Made by a program: the position numbers and the translations under genes. The notes beneath the pieces were generated by a model, which saw only the letters and a list, made by a program, of their open reading frames with translations, had not been told where the DNA came from and did no database searches. 64,000 nucleotides of DNA, from assembly GCA_965206595.1 (NCBI GenBank), contig OZ242214.1, positions 5,024,001 through 5,088,000 of the forward strand, in the 5' to 3' direction. Below are positions 31,001-40,475 of the stretch, piece by piece (the first letter of the stretch is position 1; every line of letters begins with the position of its first letter). The DNA is from Candidatus Latescibacterota bacterium. GTDB lineage: Bacteria; Latescibacterota; UBA2968; UBA8231.

Positions 31001-31006
31001 CGACCT

Positions 31007-31672
31007 CTACCGCCCGGCCTGCGCCGCGAGCGCCGCCAACGCCTGCTCGGCCACCTCGTTGCAGGAATCGCCGCCGGGAAGTCGGACCGCCCCCTCCCAC
31101 ACAGGAAGCCTGCCCACGGCGCGGCAGAAAGATTCGAACCAGGGACTGTCGGTTCGCGACCCGCGCGCCGCCATCCGTCCCCGCCACTCCTCGATACCGG
31201 GTGGGTCGAGGTGAATCACGACCAGCTTCGATGGGGCGATTCTGTCACGCAGCGAAGTCCACAGGTTCTCGACACCCAGCTCCGGCCCCCATCCGCCGAC
31301 CAGGAAGACGGTGCGCGCACCCATCAGGTTGGCGCAGGCGACAGCCGCGGCGGTCCCGTACTCGATCGGACGCAAGCGCTCCCAGTACACTTCAGTGCCG
31401 TAAGCTTCCTCTACCGGGGTTGCGGTCTGGCGGGCGATCTCCAGGATGAAGGGCCCCGAGCACCAGTCCTTGTCCACCGTAAACGATCCCGGAAGCAGGC
31501 GCTGCAGGGCTCCTGCCAGGCTGCTCTTGCCGGATCCGGGCGGCCCGGCGATGACGGCGAGCCGCGCTGCCGCGGAGCCGGGAACCGCTGCCCTGATCAC
31601 CGCCTCTACCGTGGGCAGCGGACGCGGGGCCGATTCGGCGTACCCTCCGCCCAGACGAGAGGCGTCTCTCAC
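31007..31672 (-). CDS. P-loop kinase-like protein (AAA_33 type)
   Basis: IAGPPGSGKSSLA Walker A, VDKD, RMAARG lid. Confidence 0.8.
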   Translation of the reverse strand: MRDASRLGGGYAESAPRPLPTVEAVIRAAVPGSAAARLAVIAGPPGSGKSSLAGALQRLLPGSFTVDKDWCSGPFILEIARQTATPVEEAYGTEVYWERLRPIEYGTAAAVACANLMGARTVFLVGGWGPELGVENLWTSLRDRIAPSKLVVIHLDPPGIEEWRGRMAARGSRTDSPWFESFCRAVGRLPVWEGAVRLPGGDSCNEVAEQALAALAAQAGR

Positions 31673-32805
31673 GGGTTTCTGCCGCGGCGAAAGGCTGCGA
31701 AGTCGAGCGCCGCAACCAGGAGTGCGGCTGCCAAGGGGAGCACCAACGCGAGCGGAGTGGGCGCCCTGGTCAGCAGCAGGGTTCCCCCAACAGCTACCAC
31801 CGCCGCCCCATACAGGACAAGGACACTGTCGCGGCGCGACAGACCGAGGCGTACGAGGCGATGGCTGGTGTGGTTCTGGTCCCCGTGCCAGGGGGCGATT
31901 CGCCGCGACAGGCGGATAGCCACCACGGAGGCGAGATCGTAAGCCGGCACGGCCAGCACGAGCAGCGGCAGGAGGACGGCCTGGCCATCGAAAGCCGGCA
32001 TTTCGGCGGCGCGCCGAGTGACGAGGACGCTGAGGCTACCGGCGACGAAACCGAGGAACATAGCCCCGCTGTCCCCCATGAACACGGTGGCCCGGGGAAA
32101 GTTGAAAACCAGAAACCCACACGCCGCTCCGATGACGAGCAGTCCCAGGAGCGCCGCGGGAATGTGGCCACACGTCAGAGACAGGTTGACCAACCCGGAC
32201 AGGGCTATCGCTGCGACTCCCGCCGACAGCCCTTCCATGTTGTCAAGCATGTTGAAAGCGTTGGTAATGGAAACGATCCAGACAGCGCTGACGGCTGCCG
32301 ACAAAAGCGGCTCGGAGCCGGCAATCGGCAGGCTGAAACCGGGAATCCACCCTGCGAGCAAGGAGGCAATCGTCAGCTGCGCGGCCAGGCGAAACAGCGG
32401 CGACAGCCCGCGATAGTCATCGATCATGCCGATCAGCCAGACCGCCGAGGCGCAGACGAACAAGGAGACGGCCTGGCTCATTTCTATGACCGTTATCGGA
32501 AAATGGCCGAACGGAATCATCCAGTACGGTGCCCAGGGGCTTATCCAGCCTGAGCCGTCCCGGAGCAGGCCGGACGTCTCGTGCAGAAGCGCGCCCAGCG
32601 CCCCGGCCGCGGGAAGCAGGCAGGCGGCATACATGGCGACTCCGCCTCCGTACGGGATGACTTTGTGGTGGGATTTGTATGATGCGCTGCCTGGGTCGTC
32701 CACCAGACCAACCCGCAGGGCAAGACGGCGGGCGAGGGGAACGCCCAACAGCGTGGCGAGCATCGACGCCGCAGCGACAGCGACGAGGTGCCAGGGTGCG
32801 TTCAC
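31669..32805 (-). CDS. MraY/WecA/TagO-family glycosyltransferase (polyprenyl-P HexNAc-1-P transferase)
   Basis: P.GGG.A, GMIDD, NAFNMLDNMEGL, FMGDSG, DQNHTSHRL. Confidence 0.92.
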   Translation of the reverse strand: MNAPWHLVAVAAASMLATLLGVPLARRLALRVGLVDDPGSASYKSHHKVIPYGGGVAMYAACLLPAAGALGALLHETSGLLRDGSGWISPWAPYWMIPFGHFPITVIEMSQAVSLFVCASAVWLIGMIDDYRGLSPLFRLAAQLTIASLLAGWIPGFSLPIAGSEPLLSAAVSAVWIVSITNAFNMLDNMEGLSAGVAAIALSGLVNLSLTCGHIPAALLGLLVIGAACGFLVFNFPRATVFMGDSGAMFLGFVAGSLSVLVTRRAAEMPAFDGQAVLLPLLVLAVPAYDLASVVAIRLSRRIAPWHGDQNHTSHRLVRLGLSRRDSVLVLYGAAVVAVGGTLLLTRAPTPLALVLPLAAALLVAALDFAAFRRGRNP

Positions 32806-32980
32806 TCGGGGGCGACTCCTAGACTGGCGTTTCTGCGCCCTGGCGTTCCCGAATAGGTGGAGCCCCCGAGGGCAGAACCCGTGCCGTGGAAATTTCCGAG
32901 CTCGGAAACAACCTGCCTACAGGGAAAATTGCCAGCCCCCGGGAAGCGCTTGCAGGTGCACCGCGCACCCCTGGAATTGA

Positions 32981-33009
32981 TTGACATCGAAAAACCGTCC
33001 GGTTACTTT
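32981..33009 (+). promoter_or_regulatory. sigma-70-type promoter for the Omp85-like gene
   Basis: TTGACA-N17-TACTTT, about 45 bp before the TTG start at 33053. Confidence 0.6.
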
Positions 33010-33052
33010 CGAATCGTGATTGGTATATAGAAATTAGAAAGGTAGACCACAT

Positions 33053-36000
33053 TTGCGAATTCTGGAAACCGCCGGAAAAACAGCGTTTTACGCGCTGATT
33101 TTTGCCCTGATCCTGGCGCCGGCGCCTCCCACCGAAGCCCAGCTGACCAGCTTTCAGACCGATCACTACGTCATCAGCTACTTTCCCGGCGCGGAGGGCA
33201 CGGCGCGGCGGGTCGCAGAGGTCGCCGAAGAGGTGTTCGCCCCGCTGGCGGCTGCGTACGGGTATTACGACGACTACTCCCCGATTCACATCGTCGTTCT
33301 CGACAACAGCGACTTCGGCAATGGCGCCGCGGACAACTACAGTAACACCGTCTACATCTGGGCCTCGGCCCTCGACTGGGAGATCCGCGGTGACCACCCC
33401 TGGATCAAGAACGTCCTCACACACGAGATCTCCCACGTCATGACCCTGGACAAGGCGCGCAAAAGGTGGCCCTTCCGGGTCGCCTTGTTTTCGGTTTCCC
33501 GGTTCGACTCCAACCCCGACATCAGCTTCAACTTCCCGCTTTACTACCTGAACACCCCTGCGTGGTGGGTGGAGGGAATCGCCCAGTTCGCTCCCACGCA
33601 GTTCGGTTGGGACACCTGGGACTCCCACCGCGACATGCTGCTGCGGATGGCGGTGCTCGAAGACGACCTGTCGACCCTGAACGAAATGGGCGGCCTGAGT
33701 CATCGCGGCGGCGGCTACCGCGCCGAGCAGGTCTACAACCAGGGCTTCGGCCTCTTGATGTACACGGCGGCGACGTACGGCGCCGAAAAGGTTCAGGAGC
33801 TGCAGGACAATGTCGGCTCGTTGAGCTTCGATCCGGCGATTCGCAAGGTTCTCGGCATCACGGCAGACCAGCTGTACGACGACTGGGTCCGCTTCATGGA
33901 GGACCAGTACGGCCAGCAGGTCGAAGAAATCGTCGCGGAGGGGTTCTTCGAGGGAAACGAACTCGGTGATGTCAACGAAGGCGTAATCGACTATCACCCT
34001 TCGTATTCTCCGAACGGCAGGAAACTTGCCTACATCACCAGCCAGAACCGTGACTACCGCATCCCGTACGTCGCCATCTACGACTTCGTGACGCGAAAAA
34101 AGAAAGTCCTCAAGGAATTCGTCGACACGCGGATATCCTGGTTTCCCGACTCCGACAAAATCCTGTTTCTGCGCAACAAGAGCGGCTACAACGACCTCTT
34201 CGTCTACGACATCGAAGAAGATGAGGAGCGCCGCATCAGCGCCGGCCTGCGCGCCAGGGACCCGAATGTCTCTCCTGACGGGGAGCGCATCGCTTTCGTG
34301 CGCCTCCGCGACGGCAATCACAACCTGTGTCTGCTCGATGCCGACGGAACCGACCTCGTCCAACTAACCAACCACAACGACCGCACCCAGATCTACGCAC
34401 CGCGGTGGTCCCCCGACGGCGAGTGGATCCTGTTCAGCATTTTCAGCGGCGAAGACCGCGACATCGCCATGATGCGGGCGGACAGTCCACCCCTGCCCAA
34501 GAAAACAGGCCTGCGTCCGCCCAAGGATGACACGCCGGACTCGCTCAAGGTTTTTCCCGACAGTCTCGCCTTTCCAGCCGCGGACACGTCTGGTTTCACC
34601 CCGCTGCTGGCGTCGTCCGCTGACGAGCGCGATCCGTACTGGCTGCCCGACGGCAGCGGCTTCGTCTTCGCCTGCGACCGCACCGGGATCTTCAACATCT
34701 ACCAATACACACTGGAGGCCGGAGAGGTGAGGCAACTCACCAACGTGCTTGGCGGGGCTTTCTCGCCCACCGTATCGAGCGACGGGCGCGTGACCTATTC
34801 AAGCTACCACGCCAACAATTTCGACCTCTACGAGTTCGATCTCGACAGGGCAGGGGAACGAACCGTCCACTGGGACCCCCTTGCCGACCGCGATTATCAG
34901 ACCGCAGTGCGCGGACCGAAACTTTCGGAAGAGTACAGCGTTTTCCGCTACCGGGGCCGGCGCGTGCTCGACATCATTCCCATTTTTCAGGTCGGACCGA
35001 CCTTCATCGGCAATACCTTCGGGCTCAATCAGATCAGCGGCGGCGCCCAGGTTTCCGTCGGTGAAACCCTCGGCGGCGACGTCTTCACTTTCTGGGGAGT
35101 CCTCGGCAAGAACTTTCGCGAGAGCACCGATCTCAACACCAATTTCGGGATCTACGCCGAGCGAAGGCTGCTTCCTGCCGTCGGCAACAACCGCACCTTC
35201 AACCCCACTCTGTGGGCGGGATGGCAGCGCCGGGAGGTCGACTGGGTAATCCGCGGGAGCCAGGTGAACGTCCGCATCGACACGGTGGCAAATACGATCT
35301 ACCCGGTGCCAGTGGACACCGCCAACCTGCTGATCCCGAACGCCATCCGCTACCGCTACGAGGGAGAAGCGAGGAAGGACCTTTTCAAGGATGTTTTTCA
35401 GCTGTGGTCCGTCGGGGTAGATCTGCCGGTCAGCAGGCGGCAACAGCTCACGGCGTTGTACACCAACCGCAACTACGACGAGAACTGGTCGCTGCATCGG
35501 TATCGCCAGCGCCTCGAGACATACATAGTCCAGGACAGCGTCGACATTACCGGGATCCTGCCTCGCTCCCTTACCAGTCGCGACACCACGACGGTGACTC
35601 CGGACGACCAGTTTTCATTCTATGACGATCTGGGTTTCTTCACCTCGAACGATCTGACCCTGGCGTGGAATTACCGCAGGATCAAACCGACCGCCGATCG
35701 CATGATCAATGCGACGGGGCGCTCGATGGCCCTCATCTACCGCTACATGAAGTCCAACCTCGCCGATTCGCTCGCCTTTACGGTGGATGACGGCATGCCG
35801 CACGACCTGCTGATTCCCGCGCGGCGTCCGCTGACTATCAACGAGTACGTAGGGGCCTACACCGAGAGGGTCGGGCTGCCGTTTCGCAACACCCTGACCT
35901 GGGAGATCGTCGCAGCCTACCGCAACCTGCGCGTGAAGCCACCTTTCAACCCTGAGGGGGGATTCTTCGAAGGCCGCTACTACTGGCCTCTCCGCTATTA

Positions 36001-36406
36001 CCTGGGGGGACGGAACTTTTTGAGTGGATACCCGTATTTCGTACGGTCCGGATCGAAACTGCTGTACGGCCGCTTTGCCTACGGGTTTCCCCTGTTTCGC
36101 CGTCTCAACATGGGATTCCTGAACTTCAACTTCACCAAGGTCTACGCGGAGCTTTTTGCCGAGACCGGGGCGGTCGGCAACTTCCGCACCCTGAAGCTCG
36201 ATGACTTCGATACCGACTCGTTCCTGTCGGACGTCGGCGGCGAGGTGCGCATGGAGCTGTACACCTTCTACCGCATTCCAATGCGGGCATTCTTCCAGGT
36301 TTCCCATCCCCTCAATCGCGATCGCGTCGAACTCGACCCGGACGAGCCGGAACTCGACAAATGGCGCTATTACTTCGGCCTCGGACTGCTGGGGCGGGGG
36401 TTGTAG
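33053..36406 (+). CDS. outer-membrane protein: zincin-like HExxH domain + TolB/PD40 beta-propeller + Omp85-like barrel
   Basis: Signal peptide; VLTHEISH…WWVEGIAQ; repeated P..SP(D/N)G PD40 motifs; C-terminal YYLGG..LSGY, DVGGE.R, YYFGLG. Confidence 0.8.
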   Translation: MRILETAGKTAFYALIFALILAPAPPTEAQLTSFQTDHYVISYFPGAEGTARRVAEVAEEVFAPLAAAYGYYDDYSPIHIVVLDNSDFGNGAADNYSNTVYIWASALDWEIRGDHPWIKNVLTHEISHVMTLDKARKRWPFRVALFSVSRFDSNPDISFNFPLYYLNTPAWWVEGIAQFAPTQFGWDTWDSHRDMLLRMAVLEDDLSTLNEMGGLSHRGGGYRAEQVYNQGFGLLMYTAATYGAEKVQELQDNVGSLSFDPAIRKVLGITADQLYDDWVRFMEDQYGQQVEEIVAEGFFEGNELGDVNEGVIDYHPSYSPNGRKLAYITSQNRDYRIPYVAIYDFVTRKKKVLKEFVDTRISWFPDSDKILFLRNKSGYNDLFVYDIEEDEERRISAGLRARDPNVSPDGERIAFVRLRDGNHNLCLLDADGTDLVQLTNHNDRTQIYAPRWSPDGEWILFSIFSGEDRDIAMMRADSPPLPKKTGLRPPKDDTPDSLKVFPDSLAFPAADTSGFTPLLASSADERDPYWLPDGSGFVFACDRTGIFNIYQYTLEAGEVRQLTNVLGGAFSPTVSSDGRVTYSSYHANNFDLYEFDLDRAGERTVHWDPLADRDYQTAVRGPKLSEEYSVFRYRGRRVLDIIPIFQVGPTFIGNTFGLNQISGGAQVSVGETLGGDVFTFWGVLGKNFRESTDLNTNFGIYAERRLLPAVGNNRTFNPTLWAGWQRREVDWVIRGSQVNVRIDTVANTIYPVPVDTANLLIPNAIRYRYEGEARKDLFKDVFQLWSVGVDLPVSRRQQLTALYTNRNYDENWSLHRYRQRLETYIVQDSVDITGILPRSLTSRDTTTVTPDDQFSFYDDLGFFTSNDLTLAWNYRRIKPTADRMINATGRSMALIYRYMKSNLADSLAFTVDDGMPHDLLIPARRPLTINEYVGAYTERVGLPFRNTLTWEIVAAYRNLRVKPPFNPEGGFFEGRYYWPLRYYLGGRNFLSGYPYFVRSGSKLLYGRFAYGFPLFRRLNMGFLNFNFTKVYAELFAETGAVGNFRTLKLDDFDTDSFLSDVGGEVRMELYTFYRIPMRAFFQVSHPLNRDRVELDPDEPELDKWRYYFGLGLLGRGL

Positions 36407-36783
36407 AAGCGGCGCGTGGTCCGGGTCGACCTGCGCAAACTGGCACTGCGGCTCAAAGTCGTAGAGATGCTCAAGATCCATGCCGAGCGCAGACGGATGC
36501 GCGAGGCGCAGGCCCTGTGGCGCCGCCTGATCCGCCCGAACTAGTGTCGAGTCCCATCATTTTCTATGCCATCCGTCCGCCGACTCATCTTGAGGGAAAA
36601 ATTGCGGTTCAATTGAACCTCATCTGTGCGACTATTCCCTCAATTCCGCATCGGCGGATGAATTTTTGCAATCCATTTCTTGGACAGGGCATCGGCATCC
36701 CCGCTCGCCGCCTGGAGATTCCGTGAAGCGCGACATCCCTTTCATGTGCGGTTAGGCGCCATGCCTCGCGGACTTTCCGGAAG

Positions 36784-37527
36784 ATGAGCCGGAAGCCGGT
36801 GAAAATTCGGCGAATCAAAGCCGGTCTGTTGCTCGCCGCGGCCATCCCGGCCTGCGATGAGGGACCGCCTCCAGATCCAGCGCATGCCCGCATGCGGATG
36901 AAGACGGAAGCCCTTCGCGAGCAGATCTCCGCCGCCCCTGACTCGCAGCGTCTCCACTACCGCCTGGGAATGGTGTTCGCCGAATTCGGTTACCTCGACT
37001 CGGCCAGTACCGCTCTCGAACGCTGCCTTCTCATCGAACCCGCCCTTCCCGAGGTCCACTTCGAGCTCGGGGACTTGTACCTGCAGCAGAACAGACTCGA
37101 CGCCGCGGCTGCGGCGTACGAGCAGGCAGTCAGGTGCAAGCCGGACTGGGTCGACGCCTTCAACAACCTCGGATTCGTCTACAAGAAAGCCGGCCGACTC
37201 GACCTCGCCGAGTCGGCGTACGTGCGCGCCCTGCAACTCGACTCGAGCTTCGTGCAGGCGTACAACAACCTCGGTCAAGTGTACAAGCAGAGGGGGGAGT
37301 GGAGCGAAGCGATCCGCCTGTACCAAAAGGCTATTTCAGCCCGGCCGATGTTCCAGGAAGCCTACCTGAACTTGGTCATGGCGTACAAGCGCAGCGGTGA
37401 CCACGGCAAGGAAATCGAGGTTCTGCGAGATATCGTCGAGCTCTTCGGCGCCGCTGACAAGTGGGGAGCCTACGCCGAAAGCCGCCTTTTGGAGCTGCAG
37501 GAATTCGGCGGTAGCTCCACCTTATAG
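36784..37527 (+). CDS. tetratricopeptide repeat protein (possible lipoprotein)
   Basis: Tandem 34-aa TPR units (AFNNLGFVY, AYNNLGQVY); N-terminal …IPAC. Confidence 0.88.
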   Translation: MSRKPVKIRRIKAGLLLAAAIPACDEGPPPDPAHARMRMKTEALREQISAAPDSQRLHYRLGMVFAEFGYLDSASTALERCLLIEPALPEVHFELGDLYLQQNRLDAAAAAYEQAVRCKPDWVDAFNNLGFVYKKAGRLDLAESAYVRALQLDSSFVQAYNNLGQVYKQRGEWSEAIRLYQKAISARPMFQEAYLNLVMAYKRSGDHGKEIEVLRDIVELFGAADKWGAYAESRLLELQEFGGSSTL

Positions 37528-37914
37528 GGCTGCTCCGCCTGGCCCCTGCGTTCTGCGTTCGAAGAGCTGCAGGTTGAGGTCGTTCGGCCCTTCGAAGAAG
37601 GCCAGGTGAATACCACCCGCTCCCGCGTCTAAAGGCTCCTTCGTTATCGTCACCCCCTTTTCCCGCAGCTCCTCGGTTACCGCCTCGATCTCCTCTACCG
37701 CGAAGGATACGTGGTGAAAGCCCACGGGGTGCCCCGTAGACTTCGCGGGCATCAGCTCGAGAATGATGTCGCCGGCCTTCATGAAAACGTAGTCGTCGTC
37801 ATCCTCGTTGGGGAAGCGCTCGCTGACTTCGAGCCCAAGGGTTTTTGTGAAAAAGCCCACCGCGCTTTCCACGTCATCCGTAACGAAGGCGATTTTGTGA
37901 ATCCTATTGACCAT
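37522..37914 (-). CDS. VOC/glyoxalase family protein
   Basis: IHKIAFVTDDVE.A..FF..LGL, ILELM, FHHVSFAV, FFEGP. Confidence 0.88.
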   Translation of the reverse strand: MVNRIHKIAFVTDDVESAVGFFTKTLGLEVSERFPNEDDDDYVFMKAGDIILELMPAKSTGHPVGFHHVSFAVEEIEAVTEELREKGVTITKEPLDAGAGGIHLAFFEGPNDLNLQLFERRTQGPGGAAL

Positions 37915-38491
37915 CGGTCGATTCCTGAGAATTTGGATGGGATTGCAGTCGTAGAACTCGGCGAATGTAATCGAGGCTCGACGCCAACAGCAGGGTTGTC
38001 GCTACAGCGACAGCCGCCTGTGCGAGCCCTCGCGGAGCGGCAAAGACGTACCCGGCAAGGGCGAGAACCATGGTAGCCGTGGCCGCCTTGCCCAGCGGGG
38101 AGGCCAGAAGGACGAGTCCACGAGTTCGAAACAGATATACGCTGACCGAAACGATGGCGGCATCCCTGACGAGCTGCAAAGCCATCAGCCACACCGGAAA
38201 GTCGAACCACACCACCAGCGCCAAACCGAGCCCACCGACCGCTACCTTGTCGGCCAGGGGATCGAGAATCTTCCCGGTCCGGGAAACAAGCCCGAACCTG
38301 CGAGCACAATAGCCGTCGAAGAAATCGGTCGCAGCGGCCCCGATCAGCAGGACTCCCGAAAACCACGAAGCCCCGGTGCCATCGCCGGTTTCGGCATCGC
38401 GGCGCAAGCTCAACAGCAACGCGGGAACAAGAGCGACGCGAAGAGCGCTGAGCGCATTCGGAAGCGCGGAAAGGATACCGCCGGCGATCAC
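37904..38491 (-). CDS. CDP-alcohol phosphatidyltransferase (PgsA-like)
   Basis: PNALSALR, TDFFDGYCAR…G..LDPLADK. Confidence 0.9.
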   Translation of the reverse strand: MIAGGILSALPNALSALRVALVPALLLSLRRDAETGDGTGASWFSGVLLIGAAATDFFDGYCARRFGLVSRTGKILDPLADKVAVGGLGLALVVWFDFPVWLMALQLVRDAAIVSVSVYLFRTRGLVLLASPLGKAATATMVLALAGYVFAAPRGLAQAAVAVATTLLLASSLDYIRRVLRLQSHPNSQESTDGQ

Positions 38492-40200
38492 CTCAGCAGC
38501 TCTTCGGCGTGCTGTCGCGCTGTTTCCGATACCGATTCCCCGGCCAGAAGACGAGCTACTTCCTCTCGGCGTTCTGCCCCATCGGACAGGGGATGGACCT
38601 CGGTCACGGTGCGCCCGCAGCGCTGGATCTTGCGCACCGAAAAATGACAGTCTGCGAGGCTCGCGATCTGCGGCAGGTGAGTGATCGCAATCGCTTGGTG
38701 GGAGTGGGCAAGGTTCTTGAGCCGCTGCCCGACAGCGCTGGCAGTGCGACCGGAAATACCGGCGTCGACCTCGTCGAAAACGAGGGTCGACACCACGTCC
38801 CGCTCGGCGATGATCCCCTTGAGAACTAGCATGATGCGCGAGATCTCGCCACCCGAGGCAACTTGGGCGAGGGGGCGAGGCGGCTCCCCGGGGTTTGCGG
38901 AAATGAAAAAAACCACTTTCTCAACCCCGGTGGCGTCGGCCCGGTAGGGGACCCCGTCGATTTCTACGAGGCCGTTCGGATCTCGCTCCCGAGTGCACCT
39001 CGCCTCGAAGCAGGCGCCGGGTATGCCCAAGGCCCGGAGTCCTTTCTCAACCTCTCCTGAAAGGATCGACGCAGCTCGCTTGCGACGCCCTGACAGAACA
39101 AGACAGTCCCGGGCAAATCTTTCCGCGATCTCGGCGAAACGACTGCCCGCCGCGGCGATCACACGCTCCATTTCCTCCAGGCGATCCCCTGCGACCTCCA
39201 GTTCCCGGGCGGTCCTGACCACGTCGGCAAACGTGCCGCCGTACTTACGAGTAAGGCGATGCAGCTCGAACAGACGCTCCCGCGCCTGCTCGAGCCGCTC
39301 GGGATCTGGCTCCAGGCGATCGAGATACTCCTGGAAACTGGCGGCCACGTCCTCGGCGCGAAACAGCAGTTGCTCCACCGCCTCGACGAGCTGCCGGAGA
39401 CGCGGGTCGATCTCGACAAGCCGATCCAGCTGGCGCCGGCAGCCACCGAGGGTCTCCACAGTGGCTCCGTCGTTCCGGTACAGTTGATCGAAGACCGAAC
39501 CCACTTCGGACGAGAGTTCGGCCTGGTTGGCCAGCACTCTCACCTCTGTTTCCAGGAGATCGTCTTCTCCCTCCGCGGGGCCGATGTGCCGAATTTCCTC
39601 CAGCTGGAAAACACGAAGCTCTTCCTCTTTTAGCAACTCGGCACGTTCCCGTTCGAGGGTCGCCAGCTCATCTGCGCAGCCTTCGACCTCGTTGAAGGAC
39701 ACCCGGACTGCAGTGACGAATCTTCCCAGTTGTGCGCAGTCGTCGAGAAAACGGGCGTGCTGGTCTTCGTCGAGAAGAGACTGATGCTCGTGCTGGCCGT
39801 GAAGGTCGATTAGTGCTCCGCCAATCTCCTGCTGCTTTTTCAGGGGCACGATACGGCCATCGACAAAGGCGCGGGAACGGGCGCTTTCCCTGATTTCGCG
39901 CCGAAGCACGAGCTGTTGGCCGGCGACCTCGACCCCCATCCGCCCCAGCCTCTCCAATGCTGCACTACTTGGGACCTCGGTCTCATCGAACTCGAACAAC
40001 CCCTCGACCACACAGCGGTCGCAGCCGGCGCGAATCAGATCGGTTCGCGCCGGCCCACCGAGAATGCAGTTCAGGGCCCCGAGAAGGATCGACTTTCCGG
40101 CGCCCGTTTCACCGGTAATGATGTTGAGCCCCCGGCCGAACTCGATCTCGGCGCGCTCGATCAGTGCGAAATTTTCTATGAGGAGCCGGGTCAGCATCAC
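38488..40200 (-). CDS. recN: DNA repair protein RecN
   Basis: TGETGAGKS, HGQHEHQ, ASGGEISR, FDEVDAG, ITHLPQIA. Confidence 0.96.
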   Translation of the reverse strand: MMLTRLLIENFALIERAEIEFGRGLNIITGETGAGKSILLGALNCILGGPARTDLIRAGCDRCVVEGLFEFDETEVPSSAALERLGRMGVEVAGQQLVLRREIRESARSRAFVDGRIVPLKKQQEIGGALIDLHGQHEHQSLLDEDQHARFLDDCAQLGRFVTAVRVSFNEVEGCADELATLERERAELLKEEELRVFQLEEIRHIGPAEGEDDLLETEVRVLANQAELSSEVGSVFDQLYRNDGATVETLGGCRRQLDRLVEIDPRLRQLVEAVEQLLFRAEDVAASFQEYLDRLEPDPERLEQARERLFELHRLTRKYGGTFADVVRTARELEVAGDRLEEMERVIAAAGSRFAEIAERFARDCLVLSGRRKRAASILSGEVEKGLRALGIPGACFEARCTRERDPNGLVEIDGVPYRADATGVEKVVFFISANPGEPPRPLAQVASGGEISRIMLVLKGIIAERDVVSTLVFDEVDAGISGRTASAVGQRLKNLAHSHQAIAITHLPQIASLADCHFSVRKIQRCGRTVTEVHPLSDGAERREEVARLLAGESVSETARQHAEELLR

Positions 40201-40208
40201 CGCCTGCC

Positions 40209-40475
40209 TCAGTCGCCAGTGTCGGAGTCCTGGTCGGGTGCCTCTTCGAGAAACTCGAGCTCGAACTCTCCACCAACTTTCTCGATCAGCACTTGGACCC
40301 GCTTGCGCGTCTGATCCAGCATCCTTCCGCAGACACGCGAGGCAGCAACTCCCCGCTCGAAGACCAGAAGGGACTCCTCCAGCGTCAGGGGCCCGGATTC
40401 CAGGCGCTCCACGCTTTCTTCCAGCAGCGCCATCGCCTCCTCGAAACTTTGCTGTGCGGTCGAATCTTCAGTCAT
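40209..40475 (-). CDS. xseB: exodeoxyribonuclease VII small subunit
   Basis: SFEEAM..LE..V..LESG.L.LEESL..FERG. Confidence 0.93.
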   Translation of the reverse strand: MTEDSTAQQSFEEAMALLEESVERLESGPLTLEESLLVFERGVAASRVCGRMLDQTRKRVQVLIEKVGGEFELEFLEEAPDQDSDTGD

